DNA of 64,000 bases from Octopus sinensis (Eukaryota). The notes beneath the pieces are model-generated. The model saw only the letters and a list, made by a program, of their open reading frames with translations. It was not told the origin of the DNA and did no database searches. Shown here in pieces: positions 40,118-51,718 of the stretch. A program made the translations under genes and the position numbers. The first letter of the stretch is position 1; the number at the start of each line of letters is the position of its first letter. The DNA lies in the NCBI RefSeq assembly GCF_006345805.1, contig NC_042997.1:130572001-130636000 (forward strand), read 5' to 3'.

Positions 40118-40854
40118 CAACAACAACATCGAAAAGTGCCTTAGGAATGAGAACCCAGGTTCGAAATTTCCCCAAGACACCTGATGAAGGTTGGAGGGTA
40201 TATCAGCCGAAATGTTGTATTAACAAAAACATGATGAGGACAAATATCCATCAATTGTAAATAATGTAAATAATGAGCATGACTATAAGATGTCTATAAT
40301 GACAATATGAGAATTAATTCTGTAAAGCAATCATTCTATTGCTCCAGTCCCAAGTTGAATTCCAACTGTTGGTCAATTTGTCTCAAAGTTCTTATCTTGA
40401 CATAAAATTAATGAAGCAGATGTCATTTATCTCCCCCTTGATCTCTGCTGTCATCTGACAAAGGCCAACCAAGATGGTGGGAATTAGCCAAGATTTATCT
40501 GCTAGAAATAGCACCCCAAATGTTTTAAATCATATTCCAATGCTTGATGTTCAAGAACCAAATGGAGGGCATATTTTCAATCTTGGGATAACTCTGACCC
40601 CAAAAAGGTATATATCCATGTAGAGCAAATGTAGACTGACATACAGGGGTCCCAGATGGACAGACAGAAGTTCACTTTCATTTTTATAGATGATGTTGTC
40701 TGTGAACCATAATGTCAGTGGTTATAAGGTTCCAAGAGGCCTGCATTTCTCATGGCAAGAGTGACAAAGAAGTATCTCGGCAAGTTGGGAAGAATACTGC
40801 AAAGTATTTTTGCTAAATGCACTGGTTTATCAGTAACTGTATAACTTTCCCCCG

Positions 40855-40935
<81 letters not shown>

Positions 40936-43192
40936 CCACATACCCCCTCCCCCCACACACACATTCACAGATACTCACATGTGCACTCACACATACATAT
41001 TCTTTTCTACTCTAGGCACAAGGCCTGAAATTTTGGGGGAGGGGAGGTAGTTGATTAGATTGACCCCAGTATGCAACTAGTCCTTAATTTATCAACCCTG
41101 AAAGGATGAAAGGCAAAGTCGACCTCGGTGGACTCACACATACATATTACTTACGTTGAATGGGAGTGCATGTGAAACCATACTCGTATTCCTCTTGAGT
41201 AGCTTGTTCTATTAGTGATCCTTGGAATGGTGGTTTAATTTGGGATGGGTATTTATAGCCTTGTTTGCAGACACATTTGTAACCTCCTCGTTTAAAGCCA
41301 TAACCAGATACATGCTTGCACTGAAAAATTAAAATAACATCTTTTAGATATTAGGATATACACATATGTAGGCGTAAGAGTGGCTGTGTGGTAAGTAGCT
41401 TGTTTACGAACCACATGGTTCCGGGTTCAGTCCCACTGCATGGCACCTTGGGCAAGTGTCTTCTACTATAGCCTTGGGCCGACCAAAGCCTTGTGAGTGG
41501 ATTTGGTAGACGGAAACTGAAAGAAGCCTGTCATATATATGTGTATATATGTATATTTGTATGTGTGTGTATATGTTTGTGTGTCTGTGTTTGTCCCCCC
41601 AACATCGCTTGACAACTGATGCTGGTGTGTTTACGTCCCCCGTAACTTAGTGGTTCATCAAAAGAGACCTATAGAATAAGTACTAGGCTTACAAAGAATA
41701 AGTCCTGAGATCGATTTGCTTGACTAAAGGTGGTGCTCCAGCATGGCCGCAGTCAAATGACTGAAACAAATAAATGAGAGAGAGTAAAAGAGTACAAGTA
41801 GACTTACCATATTTGATGGCCTATAAGATGCATGAGTGCATAGGACACACCCTAGCCTAGGCTATACTTTTGTAAAATAAATTACCACCAAAATAATGTT
41901 TAATTCCTCCACTTACCTGTATAAATTTATGTTATTACCAGTAATTATAAGCAATTTATTGCAGCCAGATTCAATATAAACATCCCATAGGCGATTGTTC
42001 ACCAATAGATGGCAGCACATGTTTTGTAAACATACATATTGTTTTGAGTGAGTTTTGAACCAACATTATGTGCATTGGATGCAGGGTTTCCTTAAAGTCA
42101 CTTTTGGGTAAAAAAAAAAGCTGTGTCTTATAGGCCTTCAAATACAGTATGTTTGATATTCCTTAGAATATATTTGTTATTATTAAGGCAGTATTTCATC
42201 TGTCACTATGTTCTGAGTTCAAATTCTTCCGAGGTTGACTCTGCCTTTCATCCTTTTGGAGTCGATAAATTAAGTACCAGTTGTGTACTGGGTCAATCTA
42301 ATTGACTGGCCCCTTACCCCAAAATTTCAGGCCTTGGGCCTATACAATTTTATATTTAAGAGATGAAGAATTATGTACATTATATACATTATTTACATTT
42401 GACGGATATTTGTCCTCATCTTGCTTGTTGTTATCAGAACGTTTCGGCTGATATACCCTTCAGCCTTCATTGGGTGTCATGGGGGAAATTTTGAACCTGG
42501 GTTCTCATTCCTAAGGTATTTTTCGATGTTGTTGTTGTTGTTGTTGCTGTTCTTCTTCTTCTTCTTCTTCTTCTTCTTCTTCTTCTTCTTCTTCTTCTTC
42601 TTCTTCTTTTTCTCCTTCTCCTTCTCCTTCTTCCCCTTCTCCTTCTTCTCCTTCTCCTCCTCCTCCTCCTCATTATTATTCAGGTCACTGCCTGAAATTG
42701 AACTCGGAATCTTTGGGTTAGTAGCCTGCACTCTTAACCACTATGCCATATGCCTCTAGTAGAAAGGATTATTATTATTATTGAGTGAGAGAGTAGTGCA
42801 TGCCATCAAAGTGACACTGGGGTAAAATATACGAAGCCCAGTATACCCATCATGACTACCCGTCTGATAAGGGTACACCAGGCACATGCATCACAACCAT
42901 ATGTGCGTGATATGGTGATCTCTAATGAAGATAAACAGCACATGACCTTGCAGGTGGGGCCCAGTTAGAATTTTCTTCTGGTCGAGTAACCCATCCCACT
43001 CAAAAGGTCCTTGAATAAGAGTTATTTAAGGATGTTAAATGAAACACCCATGTTTCCAGAGGTGAATTATTTAAACCCCAAATAATCCCTCTCAACACAT
43101 GGCTATGATGCTCCCCACTACTTCTGCTCGTGATCAGAGATGCACATATCATCAGCCACTAAGGGACATGCTCAACTGGTTAAGGTCAAACA

Positions 43193-43252
<60 letters not shown>

Positions 43253-45104
43253 GGTGGTGAGCTGGCAGAATCATTATCATGCTGGGCGAAATGTTTAGCT
43301 GTATTTCGTCTGCCACTGTGTTCTGAGATCAAATTCCTCCAAGGTCGACTTTGCCTTTCATCCTTTCAGGGTTGATAAATTGAGTACCAGTGAAACACTG
43401 GGGTTGATGAAATCAACTATCTCCTCCCCCAGTTATTAATCCTTGTGCCTATAGTAGAAAGTATTATTATTATTAAGGTGGTGAGGGGGGCAAAATGCTT
43501 AGCAGCATTTCATTTGTCTTTATGTTTTGAGTTCAAATTCTGCTGAGGTCAACTTTACCTTTCATCCTTTCGGGGTCCATAAATTAAGTATTAGGTCATC
43601 AAGTATGAAATTTGTAGAAAAGTAAAGAAAGTTTGCTAATATTTTATAAATACAAGGAATGGTTTTATTCCTCAAAGTATGCACCCATATTGTCAATATG
43701 CTTTTGCCATTTTAGCAGTCGCTTGTCCAGCCTGGAACTGTAAAAGCCTGGCAAGTAAAATCTTGGAAAGCCTATTTTACAGCATCGTCGGAATTAAATC
43801 TTTTTTCTATCAAAAAGTTATTTAAATTCTGGAAGAAGTGGTAGTCAGTGGAAGCAAGATGAGGTAGTATAGTGGATGACAGAGAATTTCCAACTCAAAC
43901 TTCTGTAGTTTCGCCAATGTCATTTTTGCGATGTGTGGTCTGGCATTGTCTTGCAATAAAATAGGAGTGGATCTGTTAACTAATTTAGGCTGTTTTTTGT
44001 AAGTTTTTGCATCATTTGGTCCAGTTGGCTGCAGTATACTTTGGCTGTGATTGATGAGCCATGATTAACGAAATCATAATGGACCACACCTGTGCCAAAC
44101 CACCAAACACACACCATCAGTTTCTTTTGATGAATTTTGCTATTTGTACTGTGTTTTGGTGGCTCGTCTTTGTCCAACCATTATGCTGAACATTTACGGT
44201 TGTTGTATTGGAAACATTTCTCGTCACATGTTACAATTTGATTCAAAGATGATTAATTTTTGTGATGAGAAAGTAGCATAATGCAGGCTTCCAAACGTTG
44301 CTGTTTCTGATTTTCATTGAGTTCATGTGGAACCCACTTATCCAAATTTTTCACTTTACCGATTTGAACTAGGTAAGTGAATATTGTAAGTGAGGGCATC
44401 CAGCTGTAGAGAATCTACTACAACAAATTCTATCTCACCCATGCAAATATGGAAAAGTGAACATTAAATTTTGATGATGATGACAACACTGATGATGATG
44501 ATGACATTTTTGGAGATGGGAATATTGGTACACTCTAGTAGTGGTGTGAACCAAAGGTACAGTAATGTAACGTGGGTATGGCAGTCTAAGATAAACGTGA
44601 TATATAACAGTTCTCCCAGTATAATTATACCTTTGTTGTTGGTTTACATCTGTCAATTCCAGCAAGATAATTTGGTAAAGGATTTCCAATGCTTATAGGA
44701 CAGGCATTAAAATCAATTTTTCGAAAGTATGTATCCATGGTAACCAATGCCACTATTCTATAAAAAATAAAATAAAAACAATAAAAATATACTCACATAC
44801 ACAATCAAAAACAAAACGAAGTAAAATGGCATATATTTGTAATTGTAAAATTTCAGCTGCTTCACAGAATGACAAAAAATATAGGAAATACTAAGAAAGA
44901 AAAAAGGTTCAATTTGTTGAAAAACATTTGAACACATAGATGCAGGAATGGCTGTGTGGTAGGTAGCTTGCTTACCAACCACATGATTCTGGGTTCAGTC
45001 CCATTGGGTGGCACCTTGGGCAAGTGTCTTCTACTATAACCTTGGGCTGACCAAAGCCTTGTGAGTGGATCTGGTAGACAGAAACTGAAAGAAGCCCATT
45101 GAAC

Positions 45105-45169
<65 letters not shown>

Positions 45170-47969
45170 TCTCCCAAACATCGCTTGACAACCGATGGGG
45201 GTCGATTTACTTGACTAAAGGAAGTGCTCCATCATGGCCACAGCCAAATGACTGAAACAAGTAAAAAAAATAAAAGGATATATCCAATAATTCTAAAACA
45301 GAAAAAAAAATACTTCTAGCTGTTCAGAGATGTAATTTTATGATTAAAATGAAATTCTAGATTTAAATTTTTTGAACATATTCTTTATGATTCATAAAGT
45401 AAGAGCAGTTTTTGATGCCTCACTGAAATAATTAAATTTAGAAGTAGCAATGTGTGTGTGTGTGTGTGCACTTTTAACTGCTAGTGGTCAAACCAAAGTT
45501 ATTGCTCAATCAAGCATTGAAGGAGTCTGACCTAGAAACAATAACTTCTTTCTGTCAATCTCTTTAAATATAATCACACTCATACACACACATGCACACA
45601 CATACACAAACAAATATACATTTATACATACATACATTTTCAGGAGTGTTCTATTGTTTCCCTTTTCTCTGTCTTTGTTCCAAAAGCAGACTTTTTAATT
45701 GAATTAATTGGTGTCTCTAAGGTGGCAAAATCTATAGTTATTATTTACCATAAAAGAGAATCCATTATATTTTGTAAGAAGTCAAGATACCTTTTTATAT
45801 TGAAACAGAGCATCTTCATGTCTGATTGCTGGGATGTGGTGAGGGGCACTCCTGTATTGAGTGCTACATACTCTTTGTGTTAGGGGTCCCCAATATCTAG
45901 AGGGGTCCAGGGCAATTGCCCCTATTCACCACTCTATACATCCAACCTTATATATATATATATATATATTATGGAGATGTACTTGCATAGCAAGTGACCT
46001 GATCAGAGTTTGAGTGCTGAAACAAAAACAATTGCAATGCAGAAGGTGTTTATAACCATTTAAAAACAATAAAAAACTGTTAGATTCACTTCAACATTCA
46101 AATTTAATTTGTCAAAATATTTTTGTTGCTTTGAGATCGCAACCTGTTCACTGACAAAATTCTGTGCTGAATCTCTGAATTTTGTCAGTGAACAGGTTTC
46201 GGTCTCGAAGCGATGAAAATATTTTGACTAAATTTAAATGTTGAAGTGAATTTAACAATTTTTGTATGTTTTTAAATGGCTTATAAACACCTTCCATGCT
46301 GCAACAATATATATATATATAATATATATATATATATATACCTTATATACCTGTATATATATATATATCTATATATGCATATATGCACATGCACATATGT
46401 GTAAAGGACATTACCAGTGGTGCAAATAGCATGAAATAAGTAAACAAATAAGTATGCAAACAAGAAAAAAACAGAACAAGTAAACACAGAGAAAGGACCC
46501 TTCATCAGGTGTCGGCTGTCTATCTACTCCTTATTTCGAGCATTCAATGACAATATGAGTCTTCAAAGACAGTTGCTCCCATAAATTCTAAAATAAAATT
46601 TAGGATTTATTGAGGGTCAAAGTTGGGAACAAAAACATGACAGTGGAGACATACAAGGAAACCAAACAAAGACAAACATGGAGGGTTGTTAGACCAGAAT
46701 GAGAGGAAAATATTGTACGCTGGGAAAAACATTTTTTGAAAAGAGAAGAGATAGAAGTATATATATATTCTACACAAGAAAACTTTTTTTGTGTGCACTG
46801 CCAATTGAGAAGCACTAAATTTTATCGTTAGAGGTATGAAACTGAACAGTATCATCGGTTGATAACTGATGAAGAAATTATGGACCTTCTGTTTGTCTCT
46901 CATTTGTTTTTACATTCAGTATACGTTGCATCATTTGTTTATGCATTTTTTCATTCATCATGCAACACACACCAAATTTGTATTAACAAGTAAGTTTTTT
47001 ATATACCCATGTGATTCTCTCTCTCTCTCTTTTACCCTCATTCTTTCCCCTTTTCTTTCCTTCATCCTGTCACTCCTATTCTAGCCTTTCAACTTACTCC
47101 TTTTCTTTCTCTCCCTCTTGTATTCCTAGCATTCTTCCTTCCCCTTTTTTCTCTGTCACTCCCTCTTCCTGCTGTCTTTCTACTCTGCCTGCTGCTGTCA
47201 TGTGACCAGTGACCAGTTCCCCTTTTTCTTCCTTTCTTAGACTGGTTCCTTAGCTGACCATTTGCAAAGTCAGTCTCCTTCATTCTTTCCCATTTTCTTT
47301 CTCTCACCCTCTCACTTCTATTCTATTTTAGAGTCAGGTTTTGTCTGCTATTTCCAGCGTGGCAGTATCTCTTGGCTACCCTAAATTATAATCTTAATAA
47401 TAATTATTATCTTTGAAGGTTTTTATTCCCATGCTGGCCACTTGATAAGATCGATATTTAAATTAACGATCTTATCCTTATTTATATAAATTTTAAATTT
47501 ATTTCGTCATTGTATTTACTGCGGTGATATTTTAACCATATCGCACGAGGAGTTATAAGGCGGGCAATTTAAACTGGTTGTGTTGCATATGTGCATATAT
47601 ATGTATGTATACGTTCGTATATGTAAGTATTCGTATGTTATATGTATATATATATATATATGTGTATTTATGTTTCTTTCTGCGTATATTCTACTGAAGA
47701 GGCAAAGCATTTCTTATGCAAAGCCAGAAATCTGGGATCTTGAATTATCCAGTAATTTTTTGCTAATTTATTTTGTCTTTTTGTCTTCTCTCCTGGTGCT
47801 GCATGAACATTTAATGTGGTTTTAGAGTCAGGTTTTGGCTGCTATTTCTAGCGTGGCGCTATCTCTTAGATACCTTGAATCATAATTTTAATAATAATTA
47901 TTACCTTTGAAGGTTTTTATTCCCATGCTGACCATTTGATAAGATCGATATTTAAATTAATGATCTTAT

Positions 47970-48009
<40 letters not shown>

Positions 48010-48054
48010 TTATATAATGTGTGTGTGTGTATGTATATATATATATATATGTAT

Positions 48055-48090
<36 letters not shown>

Positions 48091-50589
48091 GCATGATAGA
48101 CCTCCACATAGTTTACATCTACTAAATTCATTCACAAGGTGTTGATTAGTACAGGGCTATAGTATAAGACACTTGCCCAAGGTGTCACACAGTAGGACTG
48201 AACCCAAAACTGTGTAGTTGAAAAGCAAGCTTCTTAACCATACAACCACGCTGCACCTATAAAAAATATAAATTGAATATAAGAAGCAGAATATAAATAC
48301 TGTATTAAACAACCGAAACTTTTATGAAAATATTTAACCTTCTGTTTTACCTTGGTCTCCTCATATGTGTATAACGTAAATATCTTGGCATGAAATCAAT
48401 CACAGGTGAGACAGCAGAGACTATCCATTCATTTGACTTTCCACAGTCAAAATATGGTTGAGTAAACCTCACAGGAAGTATTTCATCCATGAAATGCTGA
48501 CCAGGAACACTTGGTCCAAAGAAACCTGAAATATTAAAATCTTCACTGTCGAACTGTCCTGGTCTGCTTGAATATTTTATACCCACAGTATATTTATATT
48601 TTATCAAAGAATCTTTTTCATTACGCACATCTGGCATATTCCATAAAGAGTACCAAATATTTGTTTTACTCCTTCTACTTGTATAATTGAAGAGACCTAG
48701 AAAAAAAAGAAAAAAAAGACAATAAATTACATTGTAAAAAGTCAATGAAAGAAATATTAAACTTACAAAACTATTAATATCATTGTCATTTGCCAAGGTT
48801 GACTTTGCCTATCATTTTTGCAGGGTTGATAAAGTAGTTACCAGTTGAGGACTAGGGTTGATATAAAAGAAATAGCAATCTGGAAAGGACCAGGCCTGAA
48901 TGAAGTACAAGGTTGCATAACTGGATGACTGCCTGCAGGTAGGTCATGTTCTTGCCTGGATGACAAGTGGGTGAATGTTACTATGCTTCAAGGATCCCTT
49001 GAAAGGGAACTTGGCATTAAATTTTTGACCTGTTACTTGTTTACCACTTATATGGAAGCTTATGACTGGTGTTTTGGCAGAAGAGTTATACAGCCATCTG
49101 GAAAGTAATGATCTACTTCCAGAAGAATGGAAAAGATGCAGGAAACAATGTAGGGCAACAAAATATCACTTATTAGCTGATAAAATGATAATTAGAAATT
49201 GTAGACACAGATTGACAGGACTGAGTATAGCATGGCCGGATTACAAAAAAGCATATGACATGGTACCACATAGTTGGATATGTAAAACAAAGAGCATATT
49301 TGGAATAACAAAAAACATGGAGAAAATGCTTAATGAAAGTATGAAATATTGGAATATTGAACTAATCAGGAAAAAACAAAGACTCAGAGAAGTGAATATC
49401 AGACATGAAATATTCCGAGGTAATAGCTTATCTCCATTACTATTCATATTGGCTATGATACTGTGCACTATTTGGGAAAAGGAAATGGTCAGATACTGTG
49501 CACTATTTGGGAAAAGGAAATGGTCAGATAAATCATCTCCTTTTCATGGAGATGATATAAAGGTTTGTGCGTAAAATGAGAAAAGCTTGAAAGTCTTGTA
49601 TATACTATCTGGGTTTTTTCAAATGATGTAGGTATGGAATTTGGGGTAGAAAAGTGTGATATTTTGAAAATGAAACAAGGAAGATTTAAAAGAAGCCAGG
49701 GAAGTGAAATGCCAAATGAGCAAACAGTGAGAGTGGTCAAGGACAGTGGTTTAAGTATTTGGGAATACTGGAAGCAGATGAGATAAAAAATGAAGAAATG
49801 AAACAAATTGCCAGTAGGGAGAACATAAGGGGAGTCAGAAAATGATTGCAGTCAAAGCTGGATTCTGAAAATCTTATTGAAGCAATTCAATAAATTCAAG
49901 AGCAGTATCCTTAATCAGATATGGTGTTGGAATTATAGTCTGGACCAAAAATGATATAAAGAAACTTGACAGGAAAACTAGAAAGTTGTTGACAATGTAT
50001 AGAGCCTACAATCTGAAAGTTGATATCAACCAGTTGTACAGAGTGGAAGAGGCTTCCTAGCAATAGAAGAATGTGTACAGATGGAGAGAAAAAGCCCAGT
50101 AGAGGGCACAGAAAACCTACTAAGGACAGTGAATAAAGAACAGGTGATCAAATGTATAATGGGAGTAAAAGACAAGAATGAAATACAAGGAGAGCATGTC
50201 AGACAGATTAAAGGGGAACCTTTGCATGGTCAATTTTGGATGGCCACTGAAGATGTATGTGGAACAAAATCCTGGGCTTGGTTTAAAAAGGGGCAATTAA
50301 AAAAAAAGAAATAGAGAGCTTAATTGTAACAGCCCAGGATCAAGCAATAAAAACAAACCACTTGAGAAAAAATACATATGGAGAGAATGTGTCAGAAAAA
50401 TGGAGAGCCTGTGAAACTTAGAATGAGTCAGTGGCACACATTGGGGAAGAATGCACCAAGTTGGCGCAGGAAGAGTATAAGAAATGGACACATGACCAGT
50501 TTGTAAAAGTTTTATACTGGAAACTTTGCCAGAAATGGGGATTTGAAGTTGGAAAGACATGGTACAATCACTGAGTTGAAATAATAATG

Positions 50590-50640
<51 letters not shown>

Positions 50641-51639
50641 GTATAAATATATATATGCATATATATATATATATGTATAAATATATATATGCATATACTT
50701 AACTGGTACATCACACGTATTGAGAAGAGCATTGTCGATGTGAGAACTGTTGCTGCTCATGTATTTTAATTTAACTTAAAAAAAAAAATTTAAAAAAATG
50801 AACGAACTATTGAGTTTGGTTTAATGGCCTACCAATGTATACTATGAGTTTCTTTGCCCTAGGAGTCGGGAAGACACTCGGCAAGAAATGGAAGCAAATT
50901 TGAAAGAAGAAAAAAAGAGTAATAATAATAATAATAACGGTTTCAAATTTTGCCATGAGGCAGCCATCTTGGGAGAAGGGATAAATTGATTACATCGCCC
51001 CAGTGTTTCACTGGTACTTAATTTATCGAGCCCGAAAGGATGAAAGACAAAATTAACCTTGGTGGAATTTGAACTCAGAACGTAAAGACGGCTGAAATGC
51101 CACTATGCATTTTACCCAGCATGCTAATGAATCCGCCAGCATGCCACCTTAGTAATAATAACAATAATAATAATAAAAATAATAATAATAATAATAACCA
51201 ATCGATATAAACGTATCTGTCAAGACCTACCAAAAACTGAGTAAATATAAAGATCTTGAAATAGAAATCAGCAAAATGTGGAACCTGAAGACTAAAACAA
51301 TACCTGTTGTCATAGGTGCCCTGGGAATGATAGCAAAAGGGGCTGATTGCTACCTAACTCAAGTACCAGGAAACCCCAAAATGGCAGAAATTCAAAAGAT
51401 AGTGCTCATAGGAACTGCTCATATCCTACGCAAAATACTTTCTATGTAATCTCAAGTTTGCACCATCATAATTTTCTTATGGTTTTTTTAAACATTCACT
51501 AGTACAACACTAAGTACAAAACCAAATATATGGTACCCTAGGCATAACACCAACATGAACTTCCAACTTGTTGTCTCTTGATGTCTCTGGGTGAAACTTG
51601 GAGCCAACTTGTAGAAATGTAAAGCAAAAATCAAACATA

Positions 51640-51718
<79 letters not shown>

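Noticed and set aside
41806-41917. Strong minus-strand donors (gtaagt) suggesting extra gene 2 exons
   Set aside because: They lie in a DNA-transposon-like remnant, have no homologous open frame, and exons 3 and 4 already join in phase.
42670-42755. Functional tRNA gene (also 3355-3430 and other SINE heads)
   Set aside because: No complete acceptor stem, and it continues directly into repeat body, so these are SINE heads.
46495-46570. CTGATGA and TTGAAGA...GAAA motifs as intact hammerheads
   Set aside because: Stems II and III cannot be closed; at most a decayed PLE terminal remnant.
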